Virus record (IMG/VR): IMGVR_UViG_3300001199_000005
Location: 1 to 64,000 of that record
DNA from: a virus
Strand: one strand, 5' to 3'
Length of the DNA: 64,000 nt
In this document: one piece after another, positions 44,697-55,703 of the stretch
Numbering within the stretch: the first letter of the stretch is position 1
Layout of the letters: each line of letters starts with the position of its first letter
The notes under the pieces: model-generated
The model's database searches: none
What the model was told of the DNA's origin: nothing
Seen by the model: the letters and a program-made list of their open reading frames with translations, nothing else
Position numbers and translations under genes: made by a program

Positions 44697-47643
44697 ATCT
44701 TTGCATCAGCAACAGAAGGAATTTTATCTAAGAAGTAACCTAATGATTTAATCATAACTTCTTCTAGCTTAGCTCTAGCTTCTTCTGCATGAATTCTAGG
44801 CACTGAGCAAACAAGCTCATCATGTACTGATAAAACTATTCTTCCCCATCCCATCTTTTCAAAGTATTGAAACATCCAAATCATAGCTAGCTTACAAGCC
44901 TCTGCATTAGTTCCTTGAATAGGGGCATTAGCGGCTTCACCATAGTCATCCCCTTTAAAGAATCTTATTCTACCAAGTTTAGATGTTCTAAGATAGCAAC
45001 ACCATTCTTCATCTAAAAGTCTAGGCGTGTTGGCTAATTTAATACAACTATCTAAGTAAGCTGATAGTTCTGGAATTGCTTTGTCAATGGCGCTTGATAT
45101 AGCTTTCGACACTTGCTCCCTTTCATGTGCAGGTCTAAACATATTGATATATTTAGCAAGTACACCGTAGATACGTTTCCATCCACCCTTGTACAGTTTT
45201 GAAAATGTCACTGACTTATGAGTATCCCTAAAGTCTTGTGGAACTATATCTTTACCCTTTACTATAACAGTCTTTTTATTCTTACTAATTTCAAAAGTCT
45301 CATCACCAAGTATAACATTCATACTAACTGTGGCAAGTTCGCTGTGCATATCAGTTCCTTTTAGTAGAGAATCTGATATTAATTTATCTCCTGAGTAGTC
45401 GGCTGCGATTCTACAACGGTAACACGTTGGACTGTACCTTATTCCTGTCTCTGGGATTGTGCCGTCCAGTCTCTACACCTTCAACACTTTTTTTTAAAGC
45501 GAAGCTTGGCTCGGTATTAAAGAAGCATCCTTCACCGACTTTGACACATTTTTACACGTAGATTGCTCTACGAGGAGACCATCAAACTTCATCTTTTTGC
45601 TCTTAAGATAAAATTTGGCTTCCGAATAAATTGAATTATAAAAAGATTTTATTGAATTTTGCTCTGAAACTGTTACTATATAAATCCTATTTCTACCCTC
45701 TTTATTATAGCCATTTAATTTAGCACGAATATTTTGGGAGAGTAAAAAATTTACAATTTGGTTTGCAAACAACTCTGAACATGTAGCAATAGATACCCGT
45801 AAGTACTTATTAGATTTACTTCTTTGCATATATACACACCCGTCACCATCAAAAGCTCCTCTAATAAATGACCATGTCATTGGGATGCCTAGATTAAGTG
45901 TTAAAGATTTTCTCTTAGTTATTCCAAGAGACTCTAAAAATAAGTGTGTTTCTTTTTGCGTAAAAACTACTCTATACTGCTTTTTATCAGAATTTTTAGA
46001 TAAATAGTGAGTGATTTTAGTATTATAGCCTATAAAGACACAATATTGCTCTAAATGTTCTTTATGTATGGACGCTAATCCAATTCTAAAAGCATTTGAA
46101 GAAATATAGCCATCTGTTGCTAACATACCCAACCAATAATTTGTTGAGCTCGATTTTAAATCTATAAAAGGATTTGATTTTACCACACTATTACTTTCAG
46201 TAATAGTTCTGTGTTTTACATCCTTGGAGATTATTCTTCGTATTGAAGTGGGATAGGTATTATACAGACTAGCAATATGTCCATAACTTTTTCCACTATT
46301 ATACAAATCAATAAATAAATCTTTAAATTGTACTAATGACATAATATTTTTGTTATCCACAAATATACGTTATATCATTAAACATTCAATTATTGTTACA
46401 AATAAATCTCAGCACCCGACATATCTGCAGCCACAAACACCTCACCCTCATTATCAGGAATGAAACAGGCTCTTATCTCAGGTTTCTTAGGAATATTTTG
46501 CAGATTAACATCAGCAGAAGAAAGTCGACCTGTTTCAGTAAAGCATTGGGAATATCTTGAACATAAGAATCCATTCATATCCAAACTCTTCAAGAACTCT
46601 GTACCATAAGTGCTTATTAATTTACTATACTCTCGATAAACTAATAGCAGCTCTAGAAGCTCTTTTAAAGGACATTCAGGATGCTCATTCAAGTAAAGCT
46701 GAAGTGTATCTTCACCACTCGATGGTTTAAGGACTACTTTATTGTCCTTTCTTTCTTCCACCATAGGTAATGGTAGCTCAAGCCTTGTGAATAAATCAAG
46801 TATCTGGTCACTAGAAGCATAATTGATATTGCCCACATTCTTATTTTCAGTAATTTTAGAATCACCGAATAAAGAAGTTTGCTCTATCTTTACTTTAACT
46901 CTTTCTCTAGTATAGATACCACCCCTTATAGTAGGATATATTCTACTTAATCTAACTAATTCTTTATCCATTAACTTCTCTGTTTCGAAAAGTTTCTTGT
47001 CCCAAAAAGTAATTAACTTATTCCACGAATTTGTATCTATCTTAACACCTCTATAATTCATTTGAGCTATAATAGGTGCTAATGTATTTTCCATCCTAAT
47101 AATGTGCATCAGCTCTAACCTTTCAGCTTTAGCTAAAATAGCTTCTCGTAACTTAAACATATAGATAGTGTCTGCAGCAGCATAGTCCAACTGCTCTTTA
47201 GAGAAAACATCGGTAGGTTTCATGCCTATAAATGATTTCTGTAAGTGTTCTTTCTGTGTGCTATCCATCTTTATTCCAAGAAGTTTATCTAACACACTTG
47301 GCAAGCTTGCAGACAATTTTAGGAGTTTTAACTCACCTTTACTATTCTTTCTTAATTCTTTTTTACCGTTAGTCAAGATTTGAAATCCTAACATAGTGCA
47401 GAATACTTTAGGAAGTATTCCATACTCATGGTAAATAAAACCTAATTCAAACACAGCATTATGAGCAATAAGCTCACAACTATTATAAAAATCAATCCAT
47501 TCTTCTCTTGTGTGTTCAGCTGGTTTCTTTACTATCGTAGTTCCATCCTTATAAGTAATAGAAACTAATAATATTTTATCTACTTTTGGATTTAAACCTG
47601 AAGTTTCAAAATCTAATCCAACTAATTCTTCTTTATGTAGCAT
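44675..47643 (-). CDS. polA: Family A DNA polymerase with 3'-5' exonuclease, spliced (exon 1 46406-47643, exon 2 44675-45413; 658 aa)
   Basis: DFETSG, HNAVFE, YAAAD exonuclease motifs; TGRLSS..NLQNIP; spliced motif A DMSGAEIRIAA; motif B KSVTFSKLY; NAPIQGT; motif C VHDEL. Confidence 0.92.
45494..46342 (-). CDS. Double-motif LAGLIDADG homing endonuclease (intron-encoded; ATG 46342 preferred to GTG 46360)
   Basis: YWLGMLATDG and SFIRGAFDGDG. Confidence 0.9.
   Translation of the reverse strand: MSLVQFKDLFIDLYNSGKSYGHIASLYNTYPTSIRRIISKDVKHRTITESNSVVKSNPFIDLKSSSTNYWLGMLATDGYISSNAFRIGLASIHKEHLEQYCVFIGYNTKITHYLSKNSDKKQYRVVFTQKETHLFLESLGITKRKSLTLNLGIPMTWSFIRGAFDGDGCVYMQRSKSNKYLRVSIATCSELFANQIVNFLLSQNIRAKLNGYNKEGRNRIYIVTVSEQNSIKSFYNSIYSEAKFYLKSKKMKFDGLLVEQSTCKNVSKSVKDASLIPSQASL
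46360..46389 (-). promoter_or_regulatory. Bacteroidota-type promoter inside the intron
   Basis: TTG-N19-TATATTTG matches the -33/-7 consensus. Confidence 0.55.
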
Positions 47644-50196
47644 AGTTTAAAGCACTAATACATTTTTGTAACGACCCAAGTTCTTTTAAGCAGCCTACAA
47701 ACTGCTTATTTTTAGGTAGGTCTAGTTCTTGATTTGTTATAATTACATAATATTTGTACTTAAATTCTGCTATATAGCTATGAATTTCTGCTTCTATTAT
47801 TTCATGCCTATCAGTTATCATATCTCCAGACCTATCAGTAAAGGTATCATCCAGATTAGGTGTAATACCAGAAGGTAAGTAATCTATACCTGCACTTATA
47901 AACCATTGGTCAAGCATCAAAGGCGATAATGTATCTTTAATCTTAGAAGCTACCACAACACTAGCTCCTGTTCTTTTCAAAAGTTCGTTGAAGACTCTTA
48001 CACATTCAGGGTCAGCATCATAATAAACATTATCATACTGATTTGGGTATGCTGTGATTAATGTATCCTCTAATAGGATTATTATAAGAGCCCCTTTTAA
48101 AAAGGGTAACTATTTTGTACTGAAGCTTTCATTTTATCTTGTAAAGCTTTGTAAGGTATTACTCCTGAAGAACCTGCACTAGTTATTATATCTAATAATT
48201 CTTCTATTTCCTGTTTACTAAAATCTCTCCAATTCAAGGAGTTATTCCAAGGAATGAATCTATTATTTGGTAATTTGTACCTAGTTGAAGCTGCCCTTGT
48301 TGGGCCTAAATCTACTAATCTATTAGCATCAGCAACTTCAGCCAATATTCCTTTATCCTTATAGAAAGCTGCATCTAGGACCTGTACGTGCTCGCCAGCA
48401 ATTATGACTCCTTTAACATCTTCAATAGTTTGAGTAGTAGCAGAACCAGGTGGAGCAGTTGTACCTCGTCTTGGTCTTGTGCCGGCAGTACTACCAGCAA
48501 CAGCTAATGGTATAACTTTAGCAACCCCTTTAACTTTCTTGTAAATCTCCATACCAATAGCCATTATTGAAATGATAGGTGTTGACCAGATGTTACATAT
48601 AGCTAACATATCTCCAGCAGCATACTTTATATTTGAATGAGTTACTTTAAGTCCAAACCAACTTAACGGTGAGTAAATCTTAAAATCAACAGCTTCTCGT
48701 GATATAGTTGTATAACCTTTAGAATCCATCCATATTGCAAATATTACCGCACATATAGCTAGAATACCTATAAACATAAAGAAGGTAACTATAATCCCAG
48801 CAGTAACAAGCTTATAATTATTTGCACTAAGAACACCAACAAATGCCATAATGAAGAAGGAACTAAATAACATTTCAAAAGAACTAAATGGTAGAATTCT
48901 CATCATATTACCTAGTGTATCTCCTCCTATACTAACTGCTATTGTGTAGTTCTCGCTTATAATCTGCACTAGTTGAAATACAGAAAACAATAGTATAGAG
49001 TGTGAATGTATAAATTCAATCGGGTCTGCTTTATATTTAAAAGAGTAGTATGCTCCGACTATTACTCCACCCATTACTACTATACCAACTATTATTTGCC
49101 AAGCTGTCATCCTTTAATTGCTTGCTCTAATCTATTTTTATTCTTTAACCATTTGTCTTTTAACTCAAGTTCGTAAGACATCATGTGTGGAATAAGGTTA
49201 GTGTATAATTCAACAAGTTGGAAGTTATCCATCATCTTGAAATCTGTTTTACCAGCAATTGATAATAAACTTTTTATAGATGCTAATGAGTACCCATACT
49301 TATCAACTGTCAATGGTTTTATAAATCTTAGTTTCTCTAAACAAGTTTTAGTGAAGAAATTGTTTCCATATTCTTTCTTTAACTCATTTATTTCATCATA
49401 AGTAAAGTAAACAGCTTCTCTTTGCAGAATCTTCTTTATGTCTAAATACTTAGGAACATGTGAATAATTCGGATTATCAAATGCATCTAAATCATTTACA
49501 TTAATATCTTCTATTGCTAGCATATTATAATTCAAATCTGAAAGGGACTTAGTATTTAAGTACTTAGCGCCTTCTTTTAAAGATTGAATCTCATTAAGCA
49601 ATTCTATATGGCTTAACTCTTCAAACTTATTCTGCTTAACAAAAATTACTAAGCCAATACTTCTTCTTAAATCTAGCAACTCTTCAATATGCCTATTATG
49701 ATTAAGGACCATATTATTACATAATTCCAACCAAGTTTTTAACTGCTCTTTACTAGCATTACCAAGTTTTATACTCTTGAAAACCTTTTCTTTTTTAGTT
49801 ATGGTTTTATTTTTACCATTAGAGTTTACAACTACTAATACTTCCCTCTCTGTAGGTACTTTCCATTCAACATTTTTCCAGTCTTCCATTATCAAAAATT
49901 GATGCACTTAATATAGTGCCTGTTCTTTTATCAAAGTATTTACTGGCTGGGTTAGGTAGATAATTTCCTTTCTCAGTTCTAATGAAGCTTTTTGGTTGGT
50001 ACACAAATGGGTCTCTTGGTGCAACTCTAGGAATAGATTTTGACATCTTATTCCATAATTCCAGACTATAGTACTTTAAATAATCCCGCTCTTCTTGAGT
50101 TATAGGGCCTTTACTGGAACTATTAGCATGGGATACTTTTGTTTCTACAATGATTCTTCTTGTTCTCATTGCGTTGTGTAATGATTTTTTACTCAT
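47633..50196 (-). other. Hypothetical CDSs (47633-~48094; 48097-49110 multi-TM membrane protein; 49107-49907; 49867-50196)
   Basis: Packed ORFs; 48097-49110 has about 5 hydrophobic segments. Confidence 0.65.
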
Positions 50197-50507
50197 AATG
50201 TATTTTTATATGCTTCGTTTACTGCATTTATTATACTAGGGTCAAATAGAATTGGGTCAATAATGACATCAATATGACCTATGGTTGTAACATTATTTAG
50301 TTTTGCGTATGAAGTCCGCACTAAGGAAGGATGGGTAACTTTCACAAGATTATGTAGCCCCACTGTGGTATGCGACGTTATAGGAAATACTAACCAATTA
50401 TAAGGTAACCCTGCTGTATTATTAAACTGTTTTGTAACAATGTAATATACCTTCTTTGCTCCTTCCTCATTACCTCTTGGAATAATTATCAAGTTTCCTA
50501 CTTTCAT
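50193..50507 (-). CDS. PemK/MazF-like endoribonuclease fold protein
   Basis: G.lIII...YIVT...FN......VFPITS...SYA...NVTTI pattern, 104 aa. Confidence 0.55.
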   Translation of the reverse strand: MKVGNLIIIPRGNEEGAKKVYYIVTKQFNNTAGLPYNWLVFPITSHTTVGLHNLVKVTHPSLVRTSYAKLNNVTTIGHIDVIIDPILFDPSIINAVNEAYKNTL

Positions 50508-50508
50508 A

Positions 50509-50691
50509 TTAAAAACCTTGAATTAGTTGATTTTCATAAGCCCATCTTTCCAGAAGTCTTTTTGGAGTATCACCAGTATGCCTGGCTTGCTCTTTTTTTC
50601 TTGCTGTTTCCAACCATTCTGGAAATTCTTTCTTACCCTCAAGACTTTTAATTGCTTTGATTGGGTCGATTAAATACTGCTCTATACTCAT
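50509..50691 (-). CDS. Small protein upstream of MazF-like gene (possible antitoxin)
   Basis: 60 aa, 1 nt before the toxin-like ORF; role inferred from position only. Confidence 0.3.
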   Translation of the reverse strand: MSIEQYLIDPIKAIKSLEGKKEFPEWLETARKKEQARHTGDTPKRLLERWAYENQLIQGF

Positions 50692-51955
50692 TTTGTTAAT
50701 AAATAAATAGTTATTATAGTTAATACTGCGGATATTATCTTAAAAATTACTAGAGTTGTTTTGGTGTCCCTAAACTTTTCCATTAATTCTTCATGCATTC
50801 TTGCTTTCAGGTCCATCTCCTTATTTACAGCTATCTTTAGTCTAGACATGTTATTTAAGAAAGAATTAAAGGTTATCTGAGCTAATCTATAACCTGCAAA
50901 CCAATAATGTTCTCCGTTTCTATCATTTTGTCTTAGATACTTGAAGTATTCTAAAATACCTTTGCCAGTAATTTCGTCTATTTCTTTGAACATCTCTTTT
51001 ACATCTTCATCTGACAACTCAAACATTTGTTGAATGTCATCATCGCTTTCATGTTTGTCCAAGACTATTGTTATGGACTCTTCAGACATTAAATACTCGT
51101 TAGGACCAATGCCCTGCTTTAGATTAAAATCTCTTATTAATCTTTTACCTGTTTCAATGTTGTTTCCTGTGAAACTAAGTATATCTCCATCGGTTGATTT
51201 ATACTTTTCTCCCCCTGAGTATACTCTAACAATATCATTTAAAGTGATATATTGTCTATTCTTTCTTAGCCCTAGTGTTATCATTCTTTAGGATTTTTCC
51301 CGGCTTAGGTTTATAAACCAATATAAACCAAATCATTGCGTATAGTGTGGCAGCTAGTAAACCGCCGTAAATAAATATATTAACCATATCAAACAATAAA
51401 TTAAATTTAATAATATACTTACTGCTATAAATATAAATTTATAGAAAAAAACTTTTATCTGTTGTAATAACATAACACATGGCACCACTAAAATAAATGA
51501 TGTTACATAAGTTATATCTAAACTTATTACAAGACCCTGCAATAGTAATGATATTGTTACTATAGACATAACGGTATAATCCCTATTAGCTAGCTTTTGC
51601 AAATGTAATCTTTTTAAATTTCTTTGAATTTCTTTTTAACCAAGATTCTGTTTTAACCAATGTATACCCATTAGCTCTTAAAATACTATCAAGTTCGAAA
51701 ATTGATAATGCCCTACCCTCTACTATTATTTGATGGGGAGTTAATTGACTCATATCGTTGAATGTTTAGTCTATTTTCTTTACTTAATTCTCTAGCCAAG
51801 TTCTCCACATAACTATAAGTCTTACTATGTATTGTCGCTAACTTTCTAAAAGAGAACTTATACAGAAGTAAATCTCGTATTAGTGCTTCTCTTAGTATTC
51901 TACTATGATTCGTTTGAATAGGCATACAGACAGCATTCAATATCTGTAGGTTCAA
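50688..51955 (-). other. Hypothetical CDSs (50688-51284, 51354-51602 membrane, 51713-~51907)
   Basis: Packed ORFs. Confidence 0.55.
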
Positions 51956-52325
51956 ATATATTACAAATTACTTTATAATATTGTTCCCAATCTCCCCCAG
52001 CTAATCCACAGCCTATAAATACAGGCATGGCGATAGACTTTGGCTTAAGCGCTACAATAGCGTACATACACTTCTTAAACCATTCTAATCTTGGTTCTTT
52101 ATCTGATTTTCCAGGATAATCCTGTGCATAGGCATTAATTATTCTACCATGAACTGATATTTCTCCAGGAATACGTTTGAAGTTGGAATCTATATAGGTA
52201 TTAGCTTCTGGAAAAACTTTGAATATTTGATTAGCAAGACCTGATGAATGATAACTTCTGCAATTACATTGATGTATGATGTAATCTTCTTTTGCTTTTA
52301 ATATATCACCGTTTATTTGTAACAT
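51903..52325 (-). CDS. Macrodomain (ADP-ribose processing) protein
   Basis: GDIL...IIHQCNC...GLA..I...FP...INAYAQ...IAMP..IGCGLAGGDW. Confidence 0.9.
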   Translation of the reverse strand: MLQINGDILKAKEDYIIHQCNCRSYHSSGLANQIFKVFPEANTYIDSNFKRIPGEISVHGRIINAYAQDYPGKSDKEPRLEWFKKCMYAIVALKPKSIAMPVFIGCGLAGGDWEQYYKVICNIFEPTDIECCLYAYSNES

Positions 52326-52582
52326 GTTTTAAAGTTATAGTTAATTGTATCTCTTCCTACAATAGAATATCCTGTACTAATAATAGTATCAGCTTTATAC
52401 TCTAACCATAATGACAGGCTATGCCCTTTATCATGGAAATGAACTGAATTCTCATACTCCACATAAAACAAATCAGGTGCTGGTACTTTATAGACCAACA
52501 CCTGATTAGAAAATTCAACCTGTAATTGACAGCCATAACTTGGGCATATTACAGCCCAAGCTATAAGCAGTTCCTGTATCAT
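52313..52582 (-). CDS. Hypothetical protein
   Basis: 89-aa ORF. Confidence 0.55.
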   Translation of the reverse strand: MIQELLIAWAVICPSYGCQLQVEFSNQVLVYKVPAPDLFYVEYENSVHFHDKGHSLSLWLEYKADTIISTGYSIVGRDTINYNFKTCYK

Positions 52583-54381
52583 ATATTGAATTTTTCTACA
52601 ACAACTTTTACTTCGTCGTAGGCATTATTTCTATATGAAATATCTAACGCTGTATAAGGATTAAGAATATCCCAATCTTTTACATTCATAACTAGTTTGG
52701 TAATGTTCTCCACTTGACCAGGAACAAAAATAAGTCCAGGAACTTCTTTGAAATCTCTTACATCCCTGTTTTGTCCAACATCCATCAAGACAACAAGTTC
52801 TGGTCTGTAGCCAACTTCTACCTCCATAATCTTCATGGCTGCGTCAAATGAACGAACCACGTCACGCTCATTATTAAAGTTACCATCACTGATTAATAAC
52901 CAGATTGGATATGAACTAAGTAGTTCTCTAATACTATCCCTTTCAGCAAGACTGGCTGTTTTCATTATACCGTGTATAGCTTCGCCAATAGAAGCTAAAT
53001 TAGTACCATTCCCAGTTTGAATAGCTGATAAGAAACCACTTAACTGCTTATAGTTCTCCAACAAAGACTTTCTTTTATCTACCAACGGCTGTTTTGCTGC
53101 TTGCACAGCTTCACCAAATCTAGTAGCTTTCTTGTCAACGTAGGAAATATATCTAGCCTTATCAGAAAATGTCCAGAATCCTGAATCAGTTTCGGTCTTT
53201 AGCAGAACAATGGTAAGTAAAAACTTAGCAACATCAATAGGCTTAATGGAGCCACTAGAACCACCATACATAGAGCCACTATCATCAACAAACACCATTA
53301 CTTTATCAGTACCTAGCTTAACAGTCTTCAAATACTCTTCAGCAGCAAGAGCGTCCACAGTTTCAGTTCTTAAAGCTTCTAGTATTGTTTTTGTATTATA
53401 TACACCACGACTAACTTTAGCTTCTTTCTCTAATTGCTTTAAGTTGATTTGGTCGGTCAAAGATAACTCTTTGCCTTCGTTATCAGCTTTAAAATCTCGT
53501 AGTGTTTGATTGCTTTTCTCTTTCGATTCTTGCCATTCTTTGAAAATGTCAATCATAGGAGTATCTACAATCTTCCATAATTCAGGCTGTTTAACTATTC
53601 TATTATAGACTCGTTTTCTAGCACCACCAGTAAGGTGGTCAAGCCAAGTCAAGAAGTCTTGTTTAGTAAACTTAAGTATTTCCTTAGTAGAAAACATTAC
53701 TGACTCTAACTGCTTGTTATGTTCTTTCTTAAACTCTTCGGCACCGATATACCTAGTATTCTTAGGATAATATTTAATATCCCAATTCATTACTGAACTA
53801 AGCTCAATAGCGAACTTATGTTTTAGTCTTTGAGCGGTGACAGAGGCCTTTGACCTAGCTACTTTGATAGTCTTATCTTTTAACTTCCTCTTAGGCTTTG
53901 AATGAGGAAGTACTAACTGTTTAGCAGCTATTACTCTTCTCATAGGATTGCCCTTAACCCAAGCAGCGAATATTTTTGCCTGTGTAGCTAAATCATAGAT
54001 ATTGTTTCTATCTGTGGTTACATAGTATAGCTCTGATAATGAGGTGAACTCAATCAATACACGTACTATTGCTTCCAAGAATTCAGGTTTGTCTATAAAT
54101 TTAACAAATATCCAGTTAAATATTACTTGTCCTGACTTTCTATTAGCGTAACCACCAATAGTTCTTTGACTTTTCGCATAAATCCAATGCTGTCTATTTG
54201 TAATTGCAATACATTCTGCTAGTAATACAAAGAACAATTGTTTGTGCTCTTTAGTAGTACATTCATGCCAAGCATTAGTAATATCTGATTCTGAAATCAA
54301 ATCTTTACCTATTGCGTTTGATAATACCAGTAGTGCTGGTTTGTTATCAAAAGGGGTCTTTTTTTGAGTTAGTGTTACCAT
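52579..54381 (-). CDS. vWA-domain protein with ~350-aa helical N-terminus (TROVE/Ro60- or DUF2828-like architecture)
   Basis: MIDAS residues VFVDDSGSM, GNGTN, LISDG; basic helical N-terminal region. The Ro60-like assignment is inference. Confidence 0.65.
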   Translation of the reverse strand: MVTLTQKKTPFDNKPALLVLSNAIGKDLISESDITNAWHECTTKEHKQLFFVLLAECIAITNRQHWIYAKSQRTIGGYANRKSGQVIFNWIFVKFIDKPEFLEAIVRVLIEFTSLSELYYVTTDRNNIYDLATQAKIFAAWVKGNPMRRVIAAKQLVLPHSKPKRKLKDKTIKVARSKASVTAQRLKHKFAIELSSVMNWDIKYYPKNTRYIGAEEFKKEHNKQLESVMFSTKEILKFTKQDFLTWLDHLTGGARKRVYNRIVKQPELWKIVDTPMIDIFKEWQESKEKSNQTLRDFKADNEGKELSLTDQINLKQLEKEAKVSRGVYNTKTILEALRTETVDALAAEEYLKTVKLGTDKVMVFVDDSGSMYGGSSGSIKPIDVAKFLLTIVLLKTETDSGFWTFSDKARYISYVDKKATRFGEAVQAAKQPLVDKRKSLLENYKQLSGFLSAIQTGNGTNLASIGEAIHGIMKTASLAERDSIRELLSSYPIWLLISDGNFNNERDVVRSFDAAMKIMEVEVGYRPELVVLMDVGQNRDVRDFKEVPGLIFVPGQVENITKLVMNVKDWDILNPYTALDISYRNNAYDEVKVVVEKFNI

Positions 54382-54597
54382 ATTTTCCTATTGTTAAATG
54401 TAAATGTACTTGATTTTTCTGAAGAGTCTGTACTCTGCTGAGTCACTTTCTCATTAAGGAGTTCAACAAACTTACTAAAAGATATTTTTTCTCTGTGAAG
54501 TTGGTTAAACCAATCTCTTACTTGAGCTACTATAAAAATTTTTTTCATTCTAATATATTATAAATATTGTCTACTTGAAATCCAGCAGCCTTACAAA

Positions 54598-54906
54598 TCA
54601 TTTTTTTTCAAGTTTTGGATTATGAAATATTTTAACTGATTCAGCAAGTGCATCTATAAGTTCGTCTTCTCTAAATTTTAGCAAAGTTGTGCTTACATTG
54701 ACAAGCTTCCAGAACTTTGCATTAATATCGTATATAGAAGGTTTCTCAATTAAATATAATCTACATTGATAAAATACTTGAGTACCTGCATAACAGGTAT
54801 TAGTTTCTACATCCATTACTTCTAATAATTGGAATGAATCTTCCTCAAAGACAAGGTGTTTCTTTTGTACTAAATCACCTATTGAATACTTGGTTTTAAT
54901 GTCCAT
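54598..54906 (-). CDS. Hypothetical protein
   Basis: 102-aa ORF. Confidence 0.6.
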   Translation of the reverse strand: MDIKTKYSIGDLVQKKHLVFEEDSFQLLEVMDVETNTCYAGTQVFYQCRLYLIEKPSIYDINAKFWKLVNVSTTLLKFREDELIDALAESVKIFHNPKLEKK

Positions 54907-54921
54907 ATTTTTATTTTAGAT

Positions 54922-54959
54922 AAAAAAAAATAAGCCTGCCGTTTTTACTTCAGCAGGCT
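54922..54959 (-). terminator. Intrinsic terminator ending the RNA array
   Basis: AGCCTGCTG...CGGCAGGCT followed by TA and U9. Confidence 0.75.
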
Positions 54960-54968
54960 ATGTAAGAA

Positions 54969-55697
54969 GACATACTATAAGGCGGATTCGAACCGCTTTC
55001 TTCTGATTTCAAGTCGGACGCTATACCAAAATAGCAGCTGTTAATGAGTTGTGAGTATGTCAAAGGCTGAAGCTTACTATTATTTTAAACGGACTGTTAT
55101 TTTTTTGTATAGTTGTAAGTAAGCTGAGTATCTATAATTTTTTTTAGTCTAGGAAAAGAATTCTATATTGGTCAATTTAAAAGGTTGATGCTCTACCGAG
55201 CGGGTAAAGTTGTAAGAATTCTAAAGAAGTAAGCATACCATATTGGTCAATTTAGCAGATTGGTGCCCGAAGGCTCTAAGTTGTAGGTATGCTGAATATC
55301 TATTATTTGAAATAGTCTAAGTAAGACATGCTTTTTGTTTGGCAACATTATCAGTGTTTATTTTTAGTTGTAAGCATATCGAAAGTCTTGAATAAGAACA
55401 CTATAGTTGTCAAAAACCAAAATTTGATGCCCGAATAGGCGTTTTTAGTTGTGAGTGTTCTGAATGTCTGAAAGAAGTACTATAATTTAAACACCCAAGG
55501 ATTTCTCCTGCAGAGTATTATTGGAATCGAACCAATTTTAACCATTTTGTTAATGATTGTAAGTACTTCAATATGTCTTGAAAAGAATACTATTATCCTG
55601 CTTTCGCAGTCTATACAGGAGTTGAACCCGTTACTGATTGATTATAAGTCAATTGCTCTACCAGATGAGCTAATAATTAATGAGTTGTAAGTATTCT
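54969..55697 (-). ncRNA. Tandem array of eight stem-framed tRNA-fragment cassettes
   Basis: Units 55584-55697, 55474-55569, 55395-55461, 55325-55380, 55232-55293, 55157-55222, 55071-55125, 54969-55061; each has an 8-bp covarying stem, YACAA(CU) and variable cargo. Confidence 0.85.
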
Positions 55698-55703
55698 GTT
55701 TTG

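Larger units (their letters stand above)
45414..46405 (-). mobile_element. Group I intron (992 nt) carrying a LAGLIDADG endonuclease
   Basis: U|...G boundaries restore frame and motif A; R/S elements GUAGAGACUGGA and AAGGUACAGUCCAA (P7 GACUG/CAGUC). Confidence 0.9.

Noticed and set aside
43019-46396. Treating 43019-44128 and 44675-45349 as complete standalone genes
   Set aside because: Both are second exons whose catalytic motifs are completed only by splicing
54969-55697. CRISPR array
   Set aside because: Repeats are short, divergent and pair across the variable segment, the spacers are tRNA fragments of very unequal length, and no cas genes are present
54969-55697. Functional tRNA-Ile(UAU) at 55584-55697 and tRNA-Ser(UGA) at 54969-55061
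   Set aside because: D, anticodon and T arms are present but there is no acceptor stem, and the Ser-like unit lacks the long variable arm
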